From contig JBIOJL010000001.1 of NCBI GenBank assembly GCA_044450885.1, positions 446-64,445 on the forward strand: a stretch of 64,000 nt of DNA. Reading direction: 5' to 3'. Every line of letters starts with the position of its first letter. The stretch's first letter is position 1. The position numbers and the translations under genes are program-made. This stretch comes from Tepidisphaerales bacterium (lineage in GTDB: Bacteria > Planctomycetota > Phycisphaerae > Tepidisphaerales > Tepidisphaeraceae). The notes beneath the pieces were generated by a model that saw only the letters and a list, made by a program, of their open reading frames with translations, did no database searches and was not told the DNA's origin. This document shows positions 1-8,785 of the stretch, piece after piece.

Positions 1-909
1 TTCACCCTGGTCGAGTTGCTCGTCGTGATCGGGATCATCGCCCTGCTCATCTCCATCCTCCTGCCGGCGCTCAACGCCGCCAAGGAACGCGCCAACCGCG
101 TGAAATGCGCCTCGAACCTGCGCCAGATCGGCCAGGCCCTCCAGCTCTACGCCAATGACAACAAGATGTTCCCGAGGACCTACTACAACCCCGCCCAGTC
201 GACCAACAGCGGCAGCGCCACCACCGACAACTCGTTCTTCCTGGGCGGCGCCAAGAACGCCCCGAACTCCAACCCCTTCACCGTGGGCGGCCAGGGCAAC
301 GTCGGCGTCAACAACGTGTTGGCCGCGATGTTCCTCCTGGTGCGCACGACCGACCTGAACCAGGAAGTGTTCGTCTGCCCGAGCTCCAATCAGGAGAAGG
401 ACACGTTCACCAATGCCAGCGGCACCACGCTGACCAACAAGGACGTGTCCAACTTCTCCGGCGCCACGAACGTCTCCTACTCGTTCGCAAACCCGTATCC
501 CACGAGCCAGACCGTTGCCGCGGGCGCCATCAGCCCGATCCAGGCCGGCTACAAGTGGTCGCCCAACGTGACGGCCGACTTCGCCACGGCCGGCGACCGC
601 AATGACGGCTTTACCGGCAAGACCCCGTCCAACAACCCCAACTCTGCCAGCGCCCAGAGCGACAACCGCCAACTCAACAGCCGCAACCATGAGCAGGACG
701 GCCAGAACGTTCTGTTCAACGACGGCCACGTGGACTGGTCCCAGAGCGCCTGGGTCGGCGCCAGCATGGACAACATCTACACGGCCGCCGGCACCATGCA
801 GGGTCAGACGACGGGCGTCTACCAGCAGAACAGCCCCGCGACCAGCAAGGACTACACCAGCGTTGAGCCGCAGATCGACCTGGACACGATTCTCCTCCCG
901 CACTACTAA
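1..909 (+). CDS. DUF1559 (H-X9-DG type) protein with a prepilin-type N-terminal cleavage/methylation domain; 5' end cut by the window edge
   Basis: Frame 1 reads [24 protein letters not shown] from nt 1, a pseudopilin N-terminal helix. The motif [11 protein letters not shown] lies near the C-terminus. Stop TAA at 907-909. Confidence 0.85.
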   Translation, partial: FTLVELLVVIGIIALLISILLPALNAAKERANRVKCASNLRQIGQALQLYANDNKMFPRTYYNPAQSTNSGSATTDNSFFLGGAKNAPNSNPFTVGGQGNVGVNNVLAAMFLLVRTTDLNQEVFVCPSSNQEKDTFTNASGTTLTNKDVSNFSGATNVSYSFANPYPTSQTVAAGAISPIQAGYKWSPNVTADFATAGDRNDGFTGKTPSNNPNSASAQSDNRQLNSRNHEQDGQNVLFNDGHVDWSQSAWVGASMDNIYTAAGTMQGQTTGVYQQNSPATSKDYTSVEPQIDLDTILLPHY

Positions 910-948
910 CGTAGAAGCCGGTCTGGACAACGTGCCTTGCCCGACATT

Positions 949-977
949 CGGCCCGCCCCGTTACCACCGGGGCGGGC
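949..977 (+). terminator. GC-rich hairpin downstream of the DUF1559 gene; possible terminator
   Basis: GGCCCGCCCC (949-958) pairs perfectly with GGGGCGGGCC (968-977) across a 9-nt loop, 40 nt after the stop. There is no clear T-tract. Confidence 0.4.
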
Positions 978-1256
978 CTGCTGCTGCGCCGTGATTCCGT
1001 GGGGTTTGGTCGCCCGCGATGATCTACCGTGGCCCCGCGATGACCCGTCGCGATGAGCCGTGGGTGTGCCGAAAGATCCGGTCAAGTGCTGCCGGTGCCC
1101 TCACCGGCAGAGTCGACCATCGATCAAGACCGCCAGCGAGGGCACTGGCGGCACTGTTGCGACCATTGTCGCCCGGATTCTTGGGCACACCCATGAGCTG
1201 TCGCGGTCACAGCCGCTTTGCCGCGAGCGGCTCGGTGGAGTAGGCTATTCCACCCT

Positions 1257-2717
1257 ATGGGTGACTCGACTCCTGCCGACGATTCGGTCCGCCGCTCCGG
1301 CTGGCCCCGGCCGCTCAAGGCGCGGCACCGCACGGGCGTCGTTGGTCTGGCCTCTTCGGGCAAGAGCACGTTCCTGGTCAGCGTCATCGACCGCATCTGG
1401 CGGCTGGACGACACCGACGAACGAAAGCTCGGCTTCTTCCACTTCACCCGCCACGTGCAGCAGCTCCCGCCATTCGCCGATGAGGGCGGGTTTCCATACC
1501 GGCAATACCGCGACTACTACCGCACGCAGCAGTGGCCGGACAAGACGGTGGCCACCAGCGAGTATCGCTGCAAGTTCTACCGCACCGGCCGGCATGCGCT
1601 GGGCCGGCTGGCGGCCGGGCTGTATGGGGAGGAACACACGCTGGCCGACATCCCCGGCGAGCGGCTGGCCGATTTCTCCATGGCGGGCAAGAGCTACGCC
1701 GAGTGGTCGGACTGGTTGCTGGACCGGCTGCAGGGCAACAAACAGTACCGGGTGCTGGCCGAGGAGTTCCTGCACCTGCTCGAGCAGCCGGCCCTGAACG
1801 AGCCGGCGCTGCTGAATGCCTACAAGATGGCGCTGGCGAACTTCACGCGGAAGATGCTGCCGCTGGTCTGCCCGTCGACGTTCCTGGTCCACGAGAAACA
1901 GCTCTATCCCAGGGGCGGCGACGAGCCGGCGCATGCGCTGCCGGTCGAGAGGCTGGTCGGCCGGGGCGTGTGCGGGCTGGATGAGACCACGCAGTTTGTC
2001 CCGCTGGGCGCGGCCGCCCGGTCGGCCAACCCGCAACTCGCGGCGACGATGGCGCAGCGCTACGACGACTACTACCAGGCGATCACCCGGCCGCTGGCCC
2101 GCGGGTTTGAGAACTGCGACGAGCTGCTGGTGCTGGTGGATGTCTGTGCCATCCTCGCCGGCGGGCCGGATGCGTACTATGGGGCGCGCTGGTCGCTGCA
2201 GATGATGCTGGAGGCGCTGGACCCCGGCTGCACCAAGACCGATCTGCTCACGGGGTTTGCCAAGGCGCTGTTCACGGGCCTGCGGCTCGGCCCGTCGCGC
2301 GTGCGGAAGATCGGGTTCGTTGCCACCAAGGCCGACGTCGTCCACAGCCGCGACCGGGCCAACCTGCGGGCGCTGCTGAAGGCCATGACCCAGGACCTGC
2401 TGGCCGCGGCCACGCTGCGGCGGCATTTGGATGTGGACTTCTTCTACTGCGCCGCCATCGAAGCCGGCGCCGACGGCGGCGAATACCCGCGCATCCGCGG
2501 CTGGGCCCGGCGCTCGGCCGAGTTGGAGTACCTCGAGTTCCCCAACTCCGCCGTCCCCCGCCAGTGGCCGGCCGAAACGCAGTGGGAAGGCCAGCGTTAC
2601 CGCTTCGCCGCCCCCGAGCCCCCGAAACTCGATCTGCTGGGCCAGAAGCCGTTTCCCAGCATCGGGATGGACGAGATCATGAAGTTCATCGGGTGGGATG
2701 GGGCGGAGGGAGAATGA
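1257..2717 (+). CDS. ycjX: YcjX-family P-loop NTPase (DUF463)
   Basis: P-loop VVGLASSGKSTFLVSVI. Other matches to my recollection of YcjX: DIPGERLADF, LVLVDVCAILAGGPDAY, a TKxD-like FVATKADVV, and a C-terminal KPFPSIGMDEIMKFIG. Length (~486 aa) also fits. ATG 1257 is preferred over the TTG at 1218 in the track. Confidence 0.85.
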   Translation: MGDSTPADDSVRRSGWPRPLKARHRTGVVGLASSGKSTFLVSVIDRIWRLDDTDERKLGFFHFTRHVQQLPPFADEGGFPYRQYRDYYRTQQWPDKTVATSEYRCKFYRTGRHALGRLAAGLYGEEHTLADIPGERLADFSMAGKSYAEWSDWLLDRLQGNKQYRVLAEEFLHLLEQPALNEPALLNAYKMALANFTRKMLPLVCPSTFLVHEKQLYPRGGDEPAHALPVERLVGRGVCGLDETTQFVPLGAAARSANPQLAATMAQRYDDYYQAITRPLARGFENCDELLVLVDVCAILAGGPDAYYGARWSLQMMLEALDPGCTKTDLLTGFAKALFTGLRLGPSRVRKIGFVATKADVVHSRDRANLRALLKAMTQDLLAAATLRRHLDVDFFYCAAIEAGADGGEYPRIRGWARRSAELEYLEFPNSAVPRQWPAETQWEGQRYRFAAPEPPKLDLLGQKPFPSIGMDEIMKFIGWDGAEGE

Positions 2718-2900
2718 CTGCATATGTGGCCAATGGCCGCCAAAGTGGGGCCAGCGTCCTCGCTGGCCATCTGTCCGCCCCCGCGGGAATTGCCCTGGGA
2801 TTGGTCGCAGTTGAAGAGGTTGGCTGCCTGCTTACTTACCACACACATAGGCGTGGCGACGAACAGCCGATATAATGGTCGTGAAGATGCGGCGGTGCCC

Positions 2901-3878
2901 ATGATTGAACGGATTGACTTCGAGAACTTCCGGATACTTAAGAAGGCGACACTGCCACTGTCGCCGCTGACGCTGCTGATTGGGCCGAATGGAAGCGGCA
3001 AGACAACCGTCCTTCAGGCGCTAAACGCACTGAAGGGTTCTGCCAATACGGATGTTGCCTCATTCACGCCCATTGGGTTAAGCCCGCAGGATGCGCCGCC
3101 GTCAGTCAGCGTTTACATGCGTTTTGGCAAGGAGGAAGCGGTCTGGCGCGAGCAGTGGAAGCCTCAACCTAGGCCGGCGCCCCAGGCTGCAGACGAGCGT
3201 GTGAAGAGGGTCGTTTCGCGAATCCGAGTGTTCAATCTCGATCATATCGCGATCGCGGCCGAATCGCCGGTGCAGGCCGGACTTGAACTGGCCGAGTCGG
3301 GCAGGAATCTGACGGCGGTTCTGGATCAACTCCGCGACGCCGCACCGGAGCGATTCGAGGCCATCAATTCTGACCTCTGCCGCTGGCTTCCTGAATACGA
3401 CCACGTTCTGTTCACAACGCCCAGATCCGGCCAGAAGGCATTCTCGCTGCGGCTTCGAGGTGTCCGTGGTGTCGTGCCATCCAAGGCGTTGTCTCAAGGA
3501 ACGCTGCTTGCCATGGCCATGCTCACGCTGGCGTACTTGCCGGATCCGCCGTCCGTTGTTTGTATCGAGGAGCCCGACCGCGGGCTGCATCCTCGCCTGT
3601 TGCGGGATGTCTGCGACGTGCTGCGGCGCCTGGCATATCCCAAGGATGCGGGGGACGACCGCGAGCCTGTCCAGGTTATCGCAACCTCCCATTCGCCGTC
3701 GATGCTCGACCTGTTCCGCGACCGGCCCGAGGAAGTGGTCATTGCGGAGCGGAACAACGATAACGTCTCCTTCCATCGTCTTTCCGACCGCACTGATCTC
3801 TCGGAAATCCTGCACGACACGAACCTGGGCGATCTCTGGTACGCCGGCGTCCTGGGGGGAGTCCCGGTTACGCCATGA
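2901..3878 (+). CDS. ABC/SMC-type ATPase (AAA_15/AAA_21-like)
   Basis: MIERIDFENFRILK...LTLLIGPNGSGKTT (Walker A), LSQGTLLAMAM (signature-like), VVCIEEPDRGLHP (Walker B/D-loop), VIATSHSPSMLD (H-loop). ATG at 2901; the 2724 start in the track is a read-through extension. Visibly lower GC than the flanks. Confidence 0.8.
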   Translation: MIERIDFENFRILKKATLPLSPLTLLIGPNGSGKTTVLQALNALKGSANTDVASFTPIGLSPQDAPPSVSVYMRFGKEEAVWREQWKPQPRPAPQAADERVKRVVSRIRVFNLDHIAIAAESPVQAGLELAESGRNLTAVLDQLRDAAPERFEAINSDLCRWLPEYDHVLFTTPRSGQKAFSLRLRGVRGVVPSKALSQGTLLAMAMLTLAYLPDPPSVVCIEEPDRGLHPRLLRDVCDVLRRLAYPKDAGDDREPVQVIATSHSPSMLDLFRDRPEEVVIAERNNDNVSFHRLSDRTDLSEILHDTNLGDLWYAGVLGGVPVTP

Positions 3879-4510
3879 AGATCGCGGTTTTCAGCGAATC
3901 GTCGGCCGACGAAGCTGCCGTCCGGATTCTGGCGGAGGCGGTGCTGGGACAGCCAATCGAACCGGTCGCAGGCAAGGCGCTGCGCCGGCCGCGAAACGGC
4001 TGGACCCATGTGGTGAAACTGCTTCGGGCCGTGATACTCGACCTGTATTTCCAGACGGATGCGGACGGGTTGATTGTCGTCGTTGATTCGAACGATTCGC
4101 CGTACCACGCACGGAACCATGACCCGGCAGCCGAGTCCGACTGCCGCTGGTGCCAGTTGATGCGCGAGGCCAACCGGGCGTGCCAGGCGCTGGCCGCCCG
4201 TCCGTGCAACAAGCGTTTCCGCGTGGCCATTGGACTCACGCCGCCTGCGATTGAAACCTGGCTCCTCTTCCGTCGCAGTCCCCACTACACGGAAGCTGCC
4301 TGGATACGTGGCCAGGGCGAGGGCCGGCCCGCGTTGAATCGCCGCCAGCTCAAGCAGGAACTCTACGGGACGATTTCGCCACCCCTGGCGCTGGAGACAG
4401 AGAAGATGGTGGAATCAGCGCGCAGGCTGGCAGGGGAGGTTGAGGCGTTTGAACGGGCGTTTCCGATCGGGTTTGGCGCGATGGCCGACGAACTTCGCCG
4501 TTGGCGCTGA
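3875..4510 (+). CDS. DUF4276-like / Toprim-like small protein partnered with the upstream ATPase
   Basis: ATGA overlap with the ATPase stop. IAVFSESSAD (acidic residue after strand 1), LIVVVDSND (DxD-like) and AIETWLL resemble the LEILVED / VVVCDLDD / EAWLL pattern I recall for DUF4276. No search was possible. Confidence 0.6.
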   Translation: MKIAVFSESSADEAAVRILAEAVLGQPIEPVAGKALRRPRNGWTHVVKLLRAVILDLYFQTDADGLIVVVDSNDSPYHARNHDPAAESDCRWCQLMREANRACQALAARPCNKRFRVAIGLTPPAIETWLLFRRSPHYTEAAWIRGQGEGRPALNRRQLKQELYGTISPPLALETEKMVESARRLAGEVEAFERAFPIGFGAMADELRRWR

Positions 4511-4564
4511 CATGTCCGGCTCGCCAACGCAGCCTTCGGCGATACAACCGCTTGAGAAACAACA

Positions 4565-4592
4565 TTGCCCCATCACCCGCCCGACGTACAAT
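4565..4592 (+). promoter_or_regulatory. Sigma70-like promoter candidate for ycjF
   Basis: TTGCCC (4565-4570), 16-nt spacer, TACAAT (4587-4592), then GGAG at 4612-4615 and ATG at 4621. Planctomycete promoter rules are poorly known. Confidence 0.25.
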
Positions 4593-4620
4593 GTGACGGG
4601 GTGTCGATACTGGAGCAACC

Positions 4621-5817
4621 ATGACTCAGAGCATCCCATCATCGTTCAGCCGCCCCCGGCCGGGACAGTCGCCGGCCGCCGTTGAACTGTTGCGCGAGGC
4701 GGTGCCGGTCGGAGCGCCGCAGGCGCAGCGGACCGGGCCGGCGCAGGGGATTCCGCCGTATGCGCTGGACCTGCTGGATGACGCGGTGTCGGTGTCGCCG
4801 CCGGCGGAGGATGCTGATGATGAGTCGCCCTGGGCCGAACAACTCGGCAAACCACACAGCCTGACGACCACGCTGCTCAACGCGCTCTTCGTGCTGGCGG
4901 TGGTGCTGGCGCTCTTCGTGGCGTCGCAGGCGGCGCTGCTCTTCAACCAAGTGGCGCTTTTGCCCGCGGTGGCCCGTCCGTTCGGCTACACGCTGCTGGC
5001 GATCCTGGCGGGCGTGCTCGCCTGGTGCGGGATGCGGTTCACCTGGAGATATCTGCGCCTGCGGGTCAGTCCGACGCTCGACCTCAACCTGCAAAAGGAC
5101 CTGCGGCGGCTCGACCAGGCCCGTCGCGAGATGCGCGAGCACCACGCCGCCCGGGCACGCGAGGTCCTGGCCAGCCTGCTGGAGGATTACCCGGTGGACC
5201 GCCCGCGCGAGATGCGGGAACTGCGGCAGGCCGGCTTCACGCGCGTGGAGATCGAGACGCTCAGCGGAACGCGATTTCACCTGAGCGGCCGGACCGCACC
5301 GGCCGACGACCCCGAGTGGCTGGCGATGTACGAGTCGGGTTTCCTGGCCACGCTGGACGCGGTGGCCGACCGGCAGGTGAAGCAGTATTACACGCGGGTG
5401 CTGACGTTCACGGCCGCCTCGCCGCGCGGCGGGCTGGACACGCTGATCGTGCTGTGGAGTTCGTACCAGATGGTGTCGGACCTCTGCCGCATCTACAACG
5501 TGCGGGCCGGGCGCTGGGGCACGGCGGTGATCCTGGGGCACCTGGTGGCCAACGTGCTGGCCGCCCGCGGCGTTCACACGGCCGCCGATTCGGCGGCGGG
5601 TTCACTCAGCAATGTGGCGCATCAGCATCTGTCGCAGACGGCGGCGGCGGCGGCGGGAATCGCCGCGAAGTTCCTCGGGCGCGTGGCCGAAGGCGGGGTG
5701 AACTGCCTGCTGATGTACCGGCTGAGCGTGCTGGCGCGGGATTATCTGCGGCCGATCCGCCGGCGGGTCGTGGCGGAGGAAAACGTGACGCGGGAGGAGA
5801 CGCCCGTCGCTGGATGA
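4621..5817 (+). CDS. ycjF: YcjF-family membrane protein (DUF697/UPF0283)
   Basis: Acidic and Pro-rich N-terminus, two N-proximal TM helices (ALFVLAVVLALFV, LLAILAGVLAWCG), a basic coiled segment, then a C-terminal hydrophobic DUF697-like region (LIVLWSSYQMVSDLCRIYNV...GGVNCLLMYRLSVLARDYLRPI). This is the usual partner of ycjX. Confidence 0.8.
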   Translation: MTQSIPSSFSRPRPGQSPAAVELLREAVPVGAPQAQRTGPAQGIPPYALDLLDDAVSVSPPAEDADDESPWAEQLGKPHSLTTTLLNALFVLAVVLALFVASQAALLFNQVALLPAVARPFGYTLLAILAGVLAWCGMRFTWRYLRLRVSPTLDLNLQKDLRRLDQARREMREHHAARAREVLASLLEDYPVDRPREMRELRQAGFTRVEIETLSGTRFHLSGRTAPADDPEWLAMYESGFLATLDAVADRQVKQYYTRVLTFTAASPRGGLDTLIVLWSSYQMVSDLCRIYNVRAGRWGTAVILGHLVANVLAARGVHTAADSAAGSLSNVAHQHLSQTAAAAAGIAAKFLGRVAEGGVNCLLMYRLSVLARDYLRPIRRRVVAEENVTREETPVAG

Positions 5818-5820
5818 AGA

Positions 5821-5868
5821 GTTCAAGGTTCAAGAGTTCAAGGGTTCAAAGGTCCAAGGGTTCCAGGA
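5821..5868. repeat. Tandem octanucleotide array (GTTCAAGG-like, ~6 units)
   Basis: gttcaagg ttcaagag ttcaaggg ttcaaagg tccaaggg ttccagga, directly after the ycjF stop. Confidence 0.8.
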
Positions 5869-7455
5869 TTGGGGCGCGTGGCGAGGATGCGTCCGTCAAA
5901 GGACATGACACAGCCGGCCGAACATCCTCTTCCACCATTGCACGTCTGGGGCCGACGTCTGTGGCGCGGGCTGGCGGCTACGATCCTTCTGCTGGTCGTC
6001 CTGCGCATCGGGTGGGGGATGCTCTGGAAACATCGGCTGCACGCGGCCGAAACGCAGATGAGGGCGGCGGGGACGTGGGTTGACGGGCCATGGGTGATCA
6101 CGGCGGAGAACGCGGACGAGCACTGGTCGCTGCTGCTGCGGGCGGCGAGGCTGGCCTCGACGCGACCGGGTTGGCCGGACGCCGGCGACTACATCCAGCC
6201 CGAAAGCATGTCGCAATCCAAATGGATTGAAGCCCACCACAAGGTCGAAGCGTCGGATGCGGCCGTCCTGTCGCTGGCCCGGCGGGCACGGGTGGTGTGG
6301 GAACAGTCGTCGCACAAGCCGTCGCCGGAGACGGGCACAGCAGTACCAGTTAATGTCACGGATTGCTGGAGACTGCGCGAGGCGATTGCCGAAGGAGCGA
6401 TTTACAGTCAAAGCCGGGGCGATCAGGCCGAGGCGATCCGCCGACTCCGCGATCTCGTGCATACGGCAGCATCGCTCTACCGTAATGGCGGCCTTGGCGA
6501 TGTGATGATGGGCGTTTACTTCGATAGAAGCACGACCTTGTCGATTCACTATTCCGTGGCCGGACTTGCCGGGGTGTCCGATCCCGAGGTCCGGCGCGAG
6601 TTGGAATCGCTGCTGGCGGAGCTTTGCGATGAGACGCCTCTCCAGCGTGCCGTGGATGCGGTCCCATGCTGGCGCCAGCCGGTCTTCGATTGCACAGACG
6701 TCAACGCGGCGGGCAATGGGTTCAACCGACTTCTGGCTCCGCTGGCAAATCGAACCAAGGCTCGCTGGGCGATCTACGTTTCGAGGATGTCGGAGGCTGC
6801 ACAGGCCGAAAGCCTGCCGGCCGCGCGGCGCGCAATGCCGCTGTCGACTTGGGTGCCCATGGTTGAAGGCTGGCACTACATGTGGGAGGGTTTTCCCAGA
6901 ATGCCGTCCGGTCACCCGCCGACACTAATTCGCTGGCTTTACCTCGATTGGGTTTCCAACGACGACAACAGAGGACCCGAGGACCTCTCGCCCATCATCA
7001 CCCTGCTTTTCGAGTCTCGTATGGCGCGCCGGTCTGCGGCAGCCGCAATTGCCGTCCACCTGTTTCGTGCGGACGCCGGACGCTGGCCGGTGAATCTGGA
7101 GCAACTCGTGCCGGCATATCTCCCGTCGGTTCCGATTGACATCTGCGCCGGAGACAGCGCCACCATGCAGTATCTGGTGTTGCAGGATTCACGATTTCCC
7201 GCCGGGCAGCGCCCGGTCCTTTATTACGCCGACCAGACGCCCATCCGGATGGGAATAGACGGGCTGCCCGCCGACATCCATCGCCATCTACCGTCACAGC
7301 CAGACTGGCCGCTTTACCGTCCATTGGGGTATGCGCAACAATACCGACAATACCGCGATCTCGCACGCCTTTCCTCACCGCAGAGTGTCAACAACAATCC
7401 AAACAAACCCAACGCAGCAGGGCAGAACCCCAAGCAGGGCGACGGCGGCCAATAG
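5869..7455 (+). CDS. Hypothetical N-terminally membrane-anchored protein
   Basis: Long ORF with one TM helix (GLAATILLLVVLRIGWGML) and no recognised motifs. Start uncertain (several in-frame ATGs). The 3' end overlaps the convergent gene by 81 nt. Confidence 0.55.
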   Translation: MGRVARMRPSKDMTQPAEHPLPPLHVWGRRLWRGLAATILLLVVLRIGWGMLWKHRLHAAETQMRAAGTWVDGPWVITAENADEHWSLLLRAARLASTRPGWPDAGDYIQPESMSQSKWIEAHHKVEASDAAVLSLARRARVVWEQSSHKPSPETGTAVPVNVTDCWRLREAIAEGAIYSQSRGDQAEAIRRLRDLVHTAASLYRNGGLGDVMMGVYFDRSTTLSIHYSVAGLAGVSDPEVRRELESLLAELCDETPLQRAVDAVPCWRQPVFDCTDVNAAGNGFNRLLAPLANRTKARWAIYVSRMSEAAQAESLPAARRAMPLSTWVPMVEGWHYMWEGFPRMPSGHPPTLIRWLYLDWVSNDDNRGPEDLSPIITLLFESRMARRSAAAAIAVHLFRADAGRWPVNLEQLVPAYLPSVPIDICAGDSATMQYLVLQDSRFPAGQRPVLYYADQTPIRMGIDGLPADIHRHLPSQPDWPLYRPLGYAQQYRQYRDLARLSSPQSVNNNPNKPNAAGQNPKQGDGGQ

Positions 7456-8400
7456 GCGCCTGAGCAGCATCCCTGCAATGGCCCACCGGGCAGCCCTCTT
7501 TCCGCCGATTGCGACCAGTCCGCCATACACTCGCACTGGAAATGCGATCAGACCACTCACAACCAGGAGTGCGAGCGCCACAGAAACTCGCAGAGGCGAG
7601 CGAAGCCAGTTACTGTCGACAGGCTCGGACATGGCCCAGACGATGAATGTGGTCGCCACGACCGGCAGCATGAGCAGCGGAGCCACGGCATAGCATCCGG
7701 CCGCCTCGGCCTGGGTGGGATCCTGCTTGCCCACCCGCCGAAAACAAGATCGCAGCCCGGCGCCCGCTTCGACCACAAGCAGCCCCACATAGACAAACAT
7801 TGCTGGCCAGCGTGTCATTCCCACCGACCAGAGCATCCGCGGTTCGAACATCCACGGGATCCCCGCGTCACGCGTATCCAGAAAAAACGATCCCAGCCCC
7901 ACCGCCCACAGGAAGAACGCCACTCCGAACATCGCAAACAACAACAGGATGGCCACACTGACCCAGAAGAACCGCGCGGCCTCGCGCAGTTCCAGCGGCA
8001 GGCGCATCTGTTGCTGCCAGGCGCGCCCGTTAAGCGTGGCCAGGAGAACGGTCTTGACGAAGGCTCGTACGCGCCCGATGTTCCGCCGCCTCAGCCACGG
8101 CAACGTCTGGGCCAGTAGCAACTCCCGCGTGAACGGCCGGCCGCACTCGCTGCAAACGTCCGACGGCGTGCCACGCAGGTCATACCCGCAACGCGGGCAG
8201 AGAATGGGATTCTGAGTGGTGGGTTCCGACGCCACGCAGCCAGTGGACCAGCCGTGGGCCTGTGTGTCAATCGGGTCAATGGGATTGATCCGGCGGGGAC
8301 TGTTGGCGGAGGCGGCGAATCGCTTCGAGATGCACCACGGCATAGCGGTCCTTGTCACGCCCGGCCGCCTGCTTCGCGAGAATGAGCGTGTCCAGATCAA
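7375..8400 (-). CDS. Polytopic membrane protein with N-terminal zinc ribbon (CPRCGYDLRG...CSECG)
   Basis: CxxC-x11-CxxC ribbon followed by at least 5 hydrophobic helices. The true start is probably internal (ATG 8343 or GTG 8235), because 8400 overlaps the upstream gene. Confidence 0.6.
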   Translation of the reverse strand: MIWTRSFSRSRRPGVTRTAMPWCISKRFAASANSPRRINPIDPIDTQAHGWSTGCVASEPTTQNPILCPRCGYDLRGTPSDVCSECGRPFTRELLLAQTLPWLRRRNIGRVRAFVKTVLLATLNGRAWQQQMRLPLELREAARFFWVSVAILLLFAMFGVAFFLWAVGLGSFFLDTRDAGIPWMFEPRMLWSVGMTRWPAMFVYVGLLVVEAGAGLRSCFRRVGKQDPTQAEAAGCYAVAPLLMLPVVATTFIVWAMSEPVDSNWLRSPLRVSVALALLVVSGLIAFPVRVYGGLVAIGGKRAARWAIAGMLLRRLLAAVALLGVLPCCVGFVWIVVDTLR

Positions 8401-8785
8401 TGACCTTCAGGTCGATGTCATCGAGCTTCATCGATACCGACATGGCTTCAACTTCCTCGTAGGTGCCAACGCCGGTGAGTTCGCCAAGGATGTCCAGACG
8501 ACCCAGATCCGTATCGAAGTTCAGATTGCGGAATCCGTGGAGGCGCGCGGGATCCTCGAATAGCGGCAGCTTGTCCGGACGCATACGGAAACGGGCGTTA
8601 ATCCCCTGCATGGCTCGATGAATCCGCTCAAGATTCTCGTCGGTCATGGGTGCAAAGACATCAACATCGAAGGTGGCCACCGGTGAGCCCCAGATCGATC
8701 CCGCCAGGCCGCCGACGACGATGAACCGCACATCATGGTCCTTCAGCCGCCTCAGCAACGCGGTAAACGAAATTGGGGTCGCCAT
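8276..8785 (-). CDS. Pol-beta superfamily nucleotidyltransferase-like protein (MNT/DUF6036-like)
   Basis: LLRRLKDHDVRFIVVGGLAGSIWGSPVATFDVDVF fits the hG[GS]-x9-13-DhD NTase motif. The C-terminal LILAKQAAGRDKDRYAVVHLEAI is typical of this small NTase family. ATG at 8785. Confidence 0.65.
   Translation of the reverse strand: MATPISFTALLRRLKDHDVRFIVVGGLAGSIWGSPVATFDVDVFAPMTDENLERIHRAMQGINARFRMRPDKLPLFEDPARLHGFRNLNFDTDLGRLDILGELTGVGTYEEVEAMSVSMKLDDIDLKVIDLDTLILAKQAAGRDKDRYAVVHLEAIRRLRQQSPPDQSH

Noticed and set aside
1090-1112. Small hairpin CTGCCGGTG-ccc-TCACCGGCAG, also seen at ~63193-63215, as a functional shared element
   Set aside because: Only the ~18-nt core GCCGGTGCCCTCACCGGC is shared. 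The flanks do not align in either orientation. Two short GC-rich palindromes could match by chance in this composition.
1245-2723. 492-aa minus-strand ORF opposite ycjX, and similar antisense ORFs (34457-35146, 35873-36748, 37924-38907, 39136-40776, 43592-44686, 44526-46517, 48282-50276, 50682-53099, 58403-59524, 61439-63112)
   Set aside because: Each mirrors a plus- or minus-strand gene with strong family motifs. Their own translations are compositionally biased and motif-free.
2724-2900. N-terminal extension of the ATPase (track start 2724)
   Set aside because: The family starts at M(I/K).I.I.NF(R/K). The upstream 59 codons are unrelated sequence in the spacer and merely lack a stop.
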